From Auanema rhodensis (Eukaryota; Animalia; Nematoda), in NCBI GenBank assembly GCA_964057225.1, contig OZ059899.1:15376001-15440000 (forward strand): DNA of 64,000 nt, read 5' to 3'. This document shows, in pieces, positions 22,106 to 37,020 of the stretch (position 1 is its first letter; each line of letters starts with the position of its first letter). Under the pieces are notes generated by a model. That model saw only the letters and a program-made list of their open reading frames with translations. It did not search any database and was not told the DNA's origin. The translations under genes and the position numbers were made by a program.

Positions 22106-25100
22106 TTAGAAAATATTCGGGCATCGAGACCAATCCTTTCGACTTTTGCAATCCCAATAATCATATTTGAATTTATGAATAAGGGCTCCTGTCAGTTCAT
22201 CTTGTGTCTTTGTGAACCAAAGTGGTGTATATTCTTCGTAATCACGTCCTGTAAAACCAGTCATTCACTCCCAGCATCATCATTATTACGATGCAGATCA
22301 ACCAACTGGAAATGGACAAACCTTCTGCCATAGCTTTCTCCATTTCAGCTTCTCGCTTTCGCCTAACCGCACGTTGTTTTTCTTCCACCTCCAATTTCTT
22401 CTTGTTTGATTCATCCCATCTAAAACAAAAAGCAAAAATGTTTCCATTAAAGTATTACTTCATCATTCTATTTGCCAACCGAAAAAAAACAAAAGCAAAA
22501 TAATTGACTGCTTTATGATTCACATTGATCACGTGAAACAAACGTCGCATTTCAACCCGAATCAATTAATAACATTTTGGAATATTTTAAGGGTAGAGCG
22601 GCTGCATTCGAAACTTTGTCCGATTCTTTCAAAACTTTTCATTTTTTACATAAGTCGTAATAGCTTACCGTCCATCTTCCATTAATCGCTGATCTGGTCG
22701 GAAACGAGTATCAGTTGGAGCTACACCCTCTTCAGGATCGTTTAGTTCAATAGCGAATTTAGTAAAATTATGCATTTTTTCTGAACCCGGACTGAAAAAG
22801 AAGAATATTATACATATATTATACGAAATGGCATACTATGGTGCGTTACACGTCCAAATACGTTGAGGGTTTTCATCAGTTTCAATTTTCATTTTATCTC
22901 CAGTGCCAGAATATCTGAACAAATTGTTGAGCAACAAATAAGAAATCTGCTAAACACCCACCTTACTACTTTCAATCTATCTACATATTTATCCCAAGTT
23001 CCTTGTATGACATATTTTGGTTCACCGTTAGCATTTTTCACTACTCCATAAATCTGAAGAACAAAAATGCTTCGATGGAAAACTAAACTGCTGTTTACCT
23101 TTCTCGGAGTTTCTTTACTGAAATATGAATATGGTATAAATTTCAGAAGACATTTTTCTCCAGTTTTATGATTAACGATATCCATTTCACCATGGTTATC
23201 AATCCACAGTTTACCCACAATAATATTGTGTACTGTGGTAGTAATCTAAATTCAGAACACGGTAATATCAACAAAAATATTGATAAAGTTTTCTTACTTT
23301 CTTATACGAATACTTGTTTCCTGATTCAGGAAAATGAACATGGCAGTAACCAACAGGGATAACGGAGAGGTATTTTCCACGGAATCGACTGGTTAGGATG
23401 AAATCTTGAAACATGAGCCATCCGTTACCATCCGCGTGATGTGCAGCAGCAGGGGGATGATGAGATACCTAAAAACAACTGATAAACATGCTTGTTTATA
23501 ATAGGAACAACAACCTGTTCAGCTATACTTCTCCATCCTAGATCGTCTAGTCTATCACATTCATAAGTTTCACCCAACAATGGATTAAACGGCTTATTAG
23601 TGCGATTTCCCGTTGTTGAATAGTTACTTACAGCATAAGCTGCCACATAACATAACTGAACTAAAGAATCCTGAAAGAATAAAGATATATGATAACAAGA
23701 AAACATTCCGCAAAACATACTAATTGAGCAGCTTCTTCCAATAAATGAGCATATTCAAGATCTTCCGTCACACGTTGAAGCACAGAAAGTGGTTCACTGA
23801 AGTTAACCTGTAAAGAATCTATATAGTATTAAAGTGAAATAGAATTAGACAAACGGGCATCGGTATTTTAGAAAGATCTTTTCCTATACAGTTTTTCATG
23901 ATGGACCATAAATTGATAGGTAAATCTGGCCTGTCAGGTAGTTTTGTTCGCCGTTCTCGCGAAGTTCCAGATTTTCTGGGTAGCGCTACCTGAAAAAAAA
24001 TGATCTAATTAAGGTTTCAACTTATGCAACATACCTGCGAGAAGGAATGCGAGGCAGCTTGACTATTGAGCATAGGTTGTACACCTCTGACATCATTGAG
24101 TTCTGAATTTGGTCGACTTGTCCTAAATCAAAAATTTATTAAGTATTAAGATGACAACATTTGTTAGTTGATCAGACCAAACGATAAGAAAGAGACTAGT
24201 TTTCGTAGATATTACTAATCCCTTATGAAAAAATATATAATGAAAAACATACTTTCTATCACTCAATTCTTCAGCAGCATCATGGAATTCATCTTCTTGG
24301 TCACTGTACGCCGAAACTGGAATTGGTGTTTTTGTGAAGGCAGAGGAAAAAGAATAGAACATGAGTCTCACTCAGTACATTTCATCGTGTATTGAGACGA
24401 AAAGAAAAACTTATACTCACGTGGAGGATTGCAACTATTGCTGCTGATCGTTGCTGCACGTTCAAGACTTGAATGTTGTTTCGCTAAAGCTTCTAACTGT
24501 TCATGCAACATTAGCTTTTCTCGTTGTTCAGATGCAACAATCTGAAAGAAGAAATGTAAAAAAACTGGATTTAAAGCATCTTTTTAGGAAACGGTCCCAC
24601 AAACTTGAAGATATGCGTGAAATGCGGGAATGAAAAAAAAAGATATAAACTATTTCACCTTTCCCAATTTCCTAGATCCGCAGTCAGAGAGATCAACAAA
24701 TTCGCTGCAAGCTTTTAGAACTTTGGAAGTAGTATTCTAAAGCATGATAAGTTGAGAAAAAAATATTTTTTGAGGTAAAACGAACGGTAAGCTGTCCAGC
24801 ACGATCGACAAGTGTTCTCTTATCAAATTCACCCTCGTTCACATACTTGATTAGTTCATCTCCGTGCTTCTCTAAATAAGGAACAATATATTTACGTAAA
24901 CTAAAAAATATTGATTAATAAAATGACAAAAACTTTAGCTTTTCAACAAAAGAATTGTTTTTATTTCAATCAATCTTCGATGAAAATCTAACATTGAACG
25001 TTTACAATTCCTTAATTCATAAAAGAAAAACAGTGTTTTCAATTCTGCCGTTTTTAGACAGTGAGTCCCTAACTTTTTTCAGTCTCTGATTCTCTACCTT

Positions 25101-28100
25101 ACAACTACTACCTCACCCAGTCAAACTCTATACCACCTTATCATTCATAGTCCGAAAAAGTTAGACTTGTCAATAACATGCCCACCCATCCATTCAGAAG
25201 GAAATGTTTAGAAAATAAGAATTCAAAAAACAGGCTCAAACAATATAAAATATAAACAACATACCTAGAACTTTGGCAGTAGACTGAAGCTCATTTAATT
25301 TTCGAGCAAGTTGTTGATGAACAATCTTTAAAGCATCAGATCTTGATTCACCAGAAGATACCAAAGCATCATCATCTTCATCTAAATTATCGAATTTATT
25401 ACAACTTTCTTACAACTAAAAACCATCCGTATAATTCAAAAGTACATTCGTAAGTGAGAAAATAAAGGTGAAGAACACGAAAAACACGAAAAACATACCA
25501 CTTTCTGCTTGTCTTATAGCTTTATGACGTGAATATTCTAAAGCAGTGATCCATTTTTGGCGATCAACATCATTTTGAGCTTTTAGGTGAAATGTTTGAG
25601 ATGAAGCTGATATAACAATGTTGTTAGTCACCTGAAAATAAGAGGAAACAGTTCATGGTTCAAAGACTAAACGAATATGATTAATGAAAATAATCACTCT
25701 TTCTCTTGGTTGCTGCCACTACCATTTTTAGAAAGAAAAAATGTTAAACTGATATGAAGTAAAGCTACCTTATCAGATAAAATATGAGCTTCCTTAAGGT
25801 TGATACTTCCACGACACGTTTGTCCTACTTCATTAGGATTCCTGGAACGAATTACATAATTTGCAGAAAATTGGAAATGGAAAAAATAAATGTTAGTTGG
25901 TATATTTGCTGCATTCTTTTGAGATATAGCAGATGTTCGATAAAAAACATAGGGGGATATTGGTCAAATGATGAAAACCTACAGCATAACTTTAAGACTT
26001 TGACTTTCTCGTTTTTTTTCACGATCGAATGAAAAGCAAAAATGCTTCATTTTAGTGTCAGGATGTGTTTAAAGTGACTTTGAATAGATATTCATTTCGA
26101 CTTGGCTAAAAGGAAGTGATCGATGGTACTTTCAAAGGATACTGGTTTCCATGACGCCCAAAACTATATAGATATATGCACAATATGCTAATATGTTGGC
26201 AACGTATTCAAGTTCATTTTTTATGTTCACGCGACGTTAAGAGGCTGCATTTGCCCAACTACGAAAGTATGTTTGTTCATGTAGCACTTTGAACGAGAAA
26301 CTGCTTATTTCACAATGAAATATAATTCTGGTGCTATTCTTCAAATATTCAAGACTGCGAAGAATCAATTTTGATTGATTTTGAAGAAATATAGTCAATA
26401 GGTGTCGTGATAACAGCTTTAGTGATAGACAAAGGAGGAAAAGTGATCAGGGAGAACAAGGCACGAAGTTCATAAACATCGAACTTTAAAAAAGCAAAGT
26501 TTGTTGATATCATAGGAATATGCAACCTTAGTGTGAGAAAAGGGTAAAATAAACATGCAAAACATGACGGAATGAAAGTAAAAATAAAAATTTAAAAAAC
26601 GTTAATTACCCATTTCCGTTCTCCTCATCTTCAGCTATAGAATAGAAATAATCATCTACAGAGTCTTTTCGCGATCTCCGCCGACCTAGAGGGAAATAGC
26701 AACCTGAGATTCGCTTACGAGCCCTTCGCAATCGTCCGCGGAGGTTCGTCATCACAGCAGCTCGACTCCTGCCAGTCTTTCCGCCGATCTTATCTTTGTC
26801 TTCCATACAAAGCAGGGGAGGGGTAACCTTCTCTCCTGCGACTCTTTAGGACTGTGTGTCTGAGAGAGGAAGCAATCAAATGAAGGAACGAGAGAGATGG
26901 AGTGTAAGAGTGACACAAGAAAAGCGTACGAAGACTGGAGCGATAATCAATCCATGAGATCGGGCGACAGCCTCACACTGTCGTCGCACAAGTTGTCGTA
27001 GTCGTTGTCGTTGATGTAGTCCTGATATTTCTTGTTGTCAGAATTGGAAAGAAATAAGATATTCGAAAGAATAATAAAAACGATGAGACGAGTTCAGAGG
27101 TGAAGCGCAGCCACACAGGAAAGAAAACGAAATTAAAAGGTCCAATCGTCGAAGTACAAATATCGCGAACTTCGGGAGTCGTCTGCTCCGGCGGAACAAG
27201 AAAAACGCAAGTCTGCACAAACAGTATCCGGAAAACGCAGCAAGTTTGCGTCAGTGTGATTTTCTACGCTGAAACAATACTACTAGATGCTCTTCATGAG
27301 AAGCCGACCCCGTCGTCGTGGTCGTTGTTGAGGTAGCTGCAGTCAGTTGCACAAGTGATTCATCTACTAGGAAACGAGAGCACGACAAACGCAAAATGGT
27401 CACGGATCGATATAACGAACCGCGATTATTATATGGGAGAGTTGGCGATCACACGGTGACTGAGAGAGAAAGAACTAGGAAGAGAAAACGATAAATTCAG
27501 AAGCGCAAAAGAGAGAGGTGAGAACGACTACGAAATACGCATACAGTTTATAAAGACGATAATGATGAGTTATATATGTTATAACATATGATGAAGTGGA
27601 AGGAGAGAGAAAGAAGATAATGATAGCAGACAGCGTACGATGAGAGCAAGACGGGTTCGTGTCTTGCCCGGTCCAATATTTGACCAAGAGAAGCAAGATT
27701 TGGCGAGAATTGAGAGAGCATTAAAGAGAGACATAGAGAAAGTTGAAGACTCGTCTATTCTCACTTTTATAAACTTCTCCACACGTGTAGAACATGATAT
27801 CAGCTGGAGAAAACTGAATGCCAGTAAATACAATCTACACATATAGATTTATAGAAATGTGCATTTGACTATTGAATCATATGATTCATTGTAACGCTTA
27901 GAAGGATAGGCTTATAGAAATGGAAATAAATAGCGAAGCTATTTCTCGGTATGAAGCCGTTAACATATGCATTGCTGTTCCAATTTGATCAAACAGGAAA
28001 TCGATCAGAGAAATAGGGGGGGGGGGTCCACAAAGAAAAACAAACAACTAAATAAAAAAAACGCACCTATAATAACTAAGAACGGCCTCGGAATCTAGAA

Positions 28101-28558
28101 CGAACCAACGTTGGCGATAGCCTTTTATGTAATTCGTCCACTTATTTAACCAACCGGCCTTGTCGACTTCACTAAACATAGATAATGACTGAATAAACAA
28201 TAAATATAATACTGACAAAGGAAAATAAGTCCTGACTTGCATTCAGAAATTGATAAATGCAGTTAAAAGTTTTTGGATATGCGTTTGAAACGATTGCTAG
28301 TGATATGTATATGAATCGATAACACAAGTTCTTAACAATTAAGACCCCCTAGGAAGACAGAGAAAGCGAAAACTAGAGGGAGGGAACGAAGGAGGAAACA
28401 ATAATACTGCCAACATGCTTGAGTCAGCAGTATAGAGCCCAAAAATTAGAAAAAACAAAATGAGAAAACCAAAAACATTTGAAAAAAAAAAATTAAGCTA
28501 ACCCCGCGCAGATATCGCCACCACAAGTCGAAGAAATTGAGCCGCCTTTTGAAGACAT
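22106..28558 (-). CDS. obr-1: Oxysterol-binding protein, OSBP/obr-1-like (PH-FFAT-ORD); exact 5' end uncertain
   Basis: PH domain ([48 protein letters not shown]) and FFAT motif [11 protein letters not shown] motifs: [55 protein letters not shown]-terminus WSRCPNIF*. Confidence 0.93.
26610..26806 (-). CDS. obr-1: Alternative first coding exon of the OSBP gene
   Basis: Open 197-nt exon starting with ATG and ending GG|gtaatt. Phase 2, in frame with the shared exon starting at 25841 (G|[15 protein letters not shown]). Confidence 0.7.
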
Positions 28559-29149
28559 TCTCGACCTGATAATAAAAAAACCGATTTTGCACCGATTTTA
28601 TCAAATAATTACCTATTCGATTTACTTCGGCTATCTTTTTTGCAAAGTCAACGTCTTTCAGCAGTTCACCATGTCCCTGAAACCATATCAAATGAGCACA
28701 GTATCAGCACAAAAGCATAGATTATCAAGAGGACAAGTTCAAAGAGTACTCTTGTCTCATGAATGTTTCTATGATAAAGATACAAAGACAAAAGGTAAGA
28801 AGAGAGTGAAAACAGGGACAGCAACGCAGAATTTCCAAAAATTTTGAATAATATGAGAATAAGACATGGAAAAGACCTGTAAACTGGGACGACTGATGAG
28901 CAGAACTGAAACAGAGATACACACAAGAATACAGATCCGAACAACGAGATAAAATTTTTATAAACAACAAGAATTTAGAACAATTTTATATTGAAACAGT
29001 GTAGGACAACTTAGATCCTTAGCAGCAACAGCAATGATCTTAGTTCCAGTTATAGAAACACATAAACAATAAAAGATTGACCATTTGTTGTTGCGATTGG
29101 GAAGGAGAGAAAAGAAGGAAGGGAATAGAGGAAGAAAGTGCAAAACAAA

Positions 29150-29500
29150 AAAATTGGTGAGTGAAAAACGACGGAAATTACGAGCGTGGATATTAAAGAA
29201 AATGATGAGAGTGGGAAGAAGCCCACGCTTTTGAATTGCCGTAAATTTGATTAGATTATGTGTTGGACAACGCCATCAGAAAATCTTTATTTTAACGGAC
29301 TCACGGTAGTTGTACTAAAATCATAAAAAATTTCTAGGGTATTGGAAGAAGCTTCATAGGAACGAACTCCATGGTCCCTCACCTCTCATGAAAATCGAAT
29401 TTCTTGCGCCATTTTAGCCAACAGCAACCTCATTATGCTCCGCCCATTATCTTGTGCGGCGCTCTGCAACAGATGCGCACTTGTCAATATTAATTATTGA
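29150..29500. promoter_or_regulatory. Probable bidirectional promoter between obr-1 and cyclin Y
   Basis: The two genes are head-to-head. A local GC-richer patch lies between them (gcgccatttt, ctccgccc, gcggcgct). Confidence 0.45.
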
Positions 29501-29856
29501 GCTAGTTTGTTAAAGGAATCGCCAGTCCCTAAGCAGAGTTTTATGCAGTATTGGCTTCATGACATTTTATTTAATGAAACAGTATAATTGATTATTTTAA
29601 GTATTTTATTCTTGTTATTTTGATTTGTTTCAAAGTTATAAATCAAGCCTATTTTTGAAGTCAATCACCTTTGCACGACACATCAACTTTTTTCATTGTT
29701 TACTCAGCTTCTTTTTACAATCAACATCTTACAGAAAGCGGGTGTATAACATTTCTTTTGGAAATGATCTAAAAAGGAACTGTAAGTAGCAAAAGTAAGT
29801 TAGCATATTTTCTATTTAATTATTATTACTTATGTTGTATCTTCTTATAGACTGAG

Positions 29857-31437
<1,581 letters not shown>

Positions 31438-32061
31438 AAACACGGATCAATTTTTGACAAAAACTTAGCAGAGCTTCTAATCCTCATAATGCTGATAGCA
31501 TAATCTGTTGCATTATCTCCAAAAGGGTTCAATTAAACTCTTCTCCAAACTCACCAATAGTTATTGAAATTAATCTTAAATTCAATCTTGTCATTGCTAG
31601 TTTTATTAGTCAACAGGTCACACGCCATTTCTCATTTTGTGTCTTTTTACTTTAATACGGACAGTTTTTTCGCTATTGTCAACCTTTTTCAAATTTTGTT
31701 TATAACTTTACCTTTATTTGTTATCCATGCAATCTCATGTGCTTCCATATTATATAAAAAAGTAATATAAGCTGATTCATCGGAGAACTGTGTAATGGGG
31801 GAAAAATTTTTTTTCGCTTTTAAAGTTCCCCTTCATTCATGTTATTTATTAATTTTTTTTAGGTCTATTGTTGTTGCTCGTAATTATTTAAGTCGTTATT
31901 TATTTATGGAAATTCCTACGTTCAAAACACCACACAGCATAAAGCTTTGCATTTAAATTCAATTTCATGTTTTATTGTATCGTTTGAAACGTTTTATCTG
32001 ATAAAAAAGTTTCAAATTCAGCAATGTCTTCTGTTAGCATTTCATTTCGCAGTTCAGTACA

Positions 32062-35000
32062 ATGTGTGATCATGGTCATAGTCACGGGGGCGGTTGTGCT
32101 GGAGAAGCACATCTTGCTCCAAACACTACAGATGTAATGCGATATGATATGCATCAGTTTATAGAAAAAGATAAGGTTAATCATAAATATTTTATTGATA
32201 GAATAAATGTCTTTCAAAGTGACCACAATTCTATAAAATTCAGGTTACTGTCCTCAATGAATCTCAAGATGGTAATGGAAAATTGGTTTTTAAATCAATG
32301 GAAGAACGTGCAGATAGGCACGGCATTCTATTAGAAACATATATAAGCCTTTAATTGCAGATCAAAATTTGTTGAGAGTGACTGTGATGAAGAACTGCTT
32401 TTTAATATTCCATTCACAGGTCATGTACGAATTACCGGATTATCCGTGATTGGTGATCAGGATTCCTCACATCCAGCTCAAATTCGTTTATTCAAGGATA
32501 AGCCAGCGGTGTGTTAGAATTTGCCATATATATTCTTTTTAAATCAATGTTTTTCTTTCGGGCGTTTTTTTTTCAAAAAATTACAATGATATTGAGTGGT
32601 CGTGATAATTTGCATACGTGTGATCGACACGTGAAAATAAATTCTCATTTCGATGAAAAGAATTGAAACTAATGGTTGTATTCCTATTAACAATAGTAAA
32701 CTGAATGTTTACTATGTCTCACAATGTCTAAAATCAAACCGCAATTCATGAGATCTACTTTCAGATGTCATTCGATGACTGCTCCATTGAAGCTGATCAA
32801 GCAATTGATTTGAAGATGGATCCGCAAGGTTATTATTTTTTTTTGTTTATCACAAAATTTCAACTTCACCGGACTATTTTAAAAGATCATAGCCCCTCAG
32901 TAATTCGTTTGCTCAATTGTTGTTTCTGTCGTATTTTTGATATAACAAGCTCTGAGTCATCTGGCACTTGCGTGAGTACGATGATTCACTTGAGGATTGT
33001 TACAAAACTTTGTTAGTCATTTCGGTCTGTGAGAATTAATGGTAAAAAACGTAAAAAAATTAACATGAAATTGGAAACAAATCTACTTTTATACTCTTTC
33101 TCGTTCATTAAAAGCAAAATCGTAGAAGTGTATAAAAAGAAATTTATCTCCCCCGCTCTCTTCGTTTAGAATACGGTAATTGTGTTTTCTATTCTATATA
33201 CTATATACATATATAGTAAGTGATGTAGATAAGAGGTGTGGTCAGTGAGTAATTAGAGAGGATCAGCACACATCATGTGTCTACTACTATCCTAAAATAA
33301 TAGTTCATTCAGCAAGTCTTATAAGAGCAAAAAAAGGGATGATGAGAGGTGAGGTGGAGATGATACCGAGATTAGATTACAGTCTGTTTCCCTATTTTTT
33401 CGTAATTTCTCTCTTAGTCCCTTCCTTTATGTAGGACCGTATACTTTTTTGACGACAAAATTGATTGAGACAGTTGCCCTTGAATAAGATATGACTATTC
33501 ATCCGAGAAAATGTAAAAAGAATATTCATAATGGGGTTGATCATATATGTAAGAATTTGTTTCTGTTTTTTTAGGACTAATTGATTATCCGCTGAAAGCG
33601 TCTAAATTTGGGAATTTGACTCATCTTTCTATACAGGTAAATGAATACACTTGCTAGCAAATGTTCAAGTTGCATTTGAAGGTTAAAAAAAATTTTGGAG
33701 CTGATGAAACGAAAATTTTCTATATCGGCCTCCGTGGAGAGTTTCAACATGAATTCCGACAACGGGTAAGTTTTTTTGTATGAAAAAACATCAGAGTTTT
33801 CAAGTTGGCCACTGTTTCTACCACCCAACCAAAGAAATTATTGTTTCTACCTTGTTAAGCAGCTTTGTTTAGATTCGCGTAAGGTCTATTTGTTCAAATT
33901 GCCATGATCCACCATTATGACCAATGCGAGCCCCGAGTTGTTCTGTTTCTCTCTTTCTCACGCATTCTCTAACCTGCTTTAGTTGTCAAGCTCATACAGC
34001 TGTTTCCTATTTGCCATAGTTTTTGGTGATTGTAATGCAGGATGTCTACTGGGTGAAATGACGTATCCATGAAATTAGATTCCGTAGATACCAGTCGTCA
34101 TTGTGGAAACTGTCTTGGTGATCCACTATTGATATCTGAACAAATTAATGAGAGCTAAGAGAAAACAGAAGAAACATCTAATTTATTTTTTTCTTTTTAC
34201 ATAGCCGATTGATATTGACATTAATGACTTCTCTTTTGAAGTACGTCTATTGCGCTATTACCACATTTCTCTAGGAAGATAATAAGTGATCATACGGTAG
34301 AAAGGGACACAAATCGGTGCATGGGTCAATACCAAATGGCCACTCCATTGCCTTTCTCTACTCTATCCTCAATTGCACTCTCAACTTTTTATTCTATTTT
34401 CTTTCTTTCTCCAACACTTACTCTTTGCTGCCTGTGTCTCTGTAACTCTCAGTAAGTCAGAGTTGACCTTTCCTGATCGAGTTGTGCCAAACCCTTCTCG
34501 CATGTCACCTGTCCTCGCTCTTCCTCTTCCACAGAGATGTGCTACAGTAACCGCAGATAGGAAGAGGCCTTGTTTTGAATGAATGAGAATTCTGAATATA
34601 ACAAATTGCCTTGTCTATTCATTGTATGGAAATTTGTATGCAATTCCATCTTCTGTCCTTACAGAAGTAGACTAATCGAAAAATACAAAAAAATGTCTTC
34701 CAGTAATCGCATGGGAGGCTTTCAGCACTAATGAAAGTTCCAAAATTACGAAAATTGAATGTAGTTGAAATACATGAATTTTGAACATTTAAAAGCTTCA
34801 TATTAAATATTCTACTTATCTTCACTTTTATTCTTTATAGCACCTGGCTAGCAAGTTTATTACTCAATTTGAATAATTATTTTCAAGCAAAAGCCTTGGA
34901 TTGTCTTTTTTCATTTGGGAATTTCGGTTTCTCATCAATATACTGACATCTAGCTCCATGTGAGAACGAAAAATGGCTGTCAATTTCTCTTATAAAGCCA

Positions 35001-35434
35001 TATATAGCTCAGAGACCAAACTCTGGCGCTAAATTGTCTTTGCTTGTCTTACCACCCAATGAACTATCCTGGTCGTCGTCACGCATTTTTTCGGTATTAA
35101 ACTGGCCGTTCGTCATATGCTATCAGAGACATAGCTATTAAGAAAAGTATTTCCGGACCTTACGCTTGTTCATTTCTCAGAATTTGACTTCTTATATCCT
35201 CCAGAAAACTTAAGAGTTTCAACGAAACTGTGATTTCTACGATCTCTCGCAGAAAAAATCTGATAAGGGTTTCTTAGATTATCTTCCACGACCAAGCACG
35301 AATTATACTGGAACAATGTAGAAAATCTTTTATTTTTTCCTTTACAGATTGCAATTGCCACATATGAAGCTAGAGCAATTCCAGAAGATCACAAAGGTGA
35401 AATTCCAGAAGGAGCTCATTACGAAATGATGTAG
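32062..35434 (+). CDS. PITHD1: PITH domain-containing protein 1 (six coding exons)
   Basis: Starts [12 protein letters not shown]. Contains [42 protein letters not shown] and [14 protein letters not shown]. Confidence 0.93.
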
Positions 35435-37003
35435 ATATGAATAATTATTTCTTAATTATTGACAAATTGTATTTTTTGGAAATAAATGTTTTGGTATATG
35501 TAGTGACAATAGAACTTCTGAATGCAACCGCTCAATTTGTCTTCTTTAACGTAAAATGAGAAAAAAACATTCTCATGTAGTGTCATAGTGGACGCGATAG
35601 TAGTACGTTTTATTAAGCCATCATGTTTATTGAGGTATTTATCATTCGAAAAGACTGTTGTAGTGATCATTTTCTAGCCGACCCCTCGGTTTCCAATTTC
35701 CCCGCAACTGCTGCTGTCGGTAGCAGTCTGCTGTAGCTGTGAAAAGAATGCGCGCACGGAAAGGGGTGTCGGCGACGATGGGTGGGTTGACAAGAGTGCC
35801 AGATGCAGACGAACAGACACACGAAGGCAGAACAAAACGGACAGAGTGAGACTACTATAAAACGAGAGAGACAGCAGCCACAATAGTCGAACGTTATTGG
35901 CTGTCGGAAAGAACTGCTCTGCATCATGACCTATGCGATAACTGGTCGTCTACATTCTCCATGATGTGAGCGCTATTTTTTGGCTTTCGTGTCTGATCCT
36001 CTGGCAAAAACACGGTGCAACGAAGTCTTAATCGACCGTCTCGAACATCACATCTTACATCAATGTCTTCGATTCTCATCCGGGAAGCGGTTGAAATGTC
36101 TTTCGTTCTCTAACGTTTGTACCTCTTCAGTTTTTTGAGGGGAATGGACATCAAGAAAGGGTGAGATTCAGAGAGAGCAAAGATCGCCCCAGGTTCTATA
36201 AAACTGCGAGATAACGAAAGAGAAAGGCCGAAATTGAATCTAGTGTAGGGCTAATTACGGTAATCAGATGATGGTACTGAGTTCAACATTAGTGCAACGT
36301 CCCTGATTTCATATAGAAAAACGACTGCAGCTATTGTCTCTTAATACGGTAATATGCAACTAGTTTGAGAACTACATTGTCTAAAAAGCGGAAAAGGCAC
36401 AAAAGAAATGAGATACTGATTAGATAGCAACTACTAATGACTAGGTACGAGCCCCGGAAATAACGAAAGATTTAGATATCGACGTATGATAGTCATGTAA
36501 TCACTAATTGAAACGAAATAATCATTTTTACCGAAAATGTTCAGATGTATCATTCTTACATGAAGCGATATCCGGCAGTTTTCTCATCTGTAGCTACACC
36601 TCGTAAGACGAAGAACACTGTTCAAATGCTTTTTCTTTTCCATAAATGTTGATCCAAAACAGCATGTTCTAGCTCAACGTTAAAGATTTGAAGTTGAGAA
36701 CTGTTCTTGAACGTAGTGTGGGAACGCAGTTATAATCTTCACAGCCAATTTACTTTTCCGAAGACCAGTTCAACAATGGCATATCCTTGTCCTCTCTCCG
36801 AATTGCCATACACTTTTTATTATTCTTTCTTCTCCCGCTCTCCTCTCTTACGGGACGGCAATGTCTCGCCTCACGACAGTTGAAGAGCATGTTTGTTAGT
36901 ACAGTAGTCGACGTGATCATGTCGATACAGTATCGGAATGTGGCCTAAAATAATACTTGGTGGACATCTCAAAATTTCGGAAAGTACAAAGTAATCTGTA
37001 CAA

Positions 37004-37020
37004 ACACACACACACACACA
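37004..37020. repeat. (AC)n microsatellite
   Basis: acacacacacacacaca seen directly. Confidence 0.85.

Noticed and set aside
34371-34390. miR-92/235-like start (AATTGCACTCTC)
   Set aside because: The match ends after about 12 nt in a pyrimidine tract, and there is no pairing arm.
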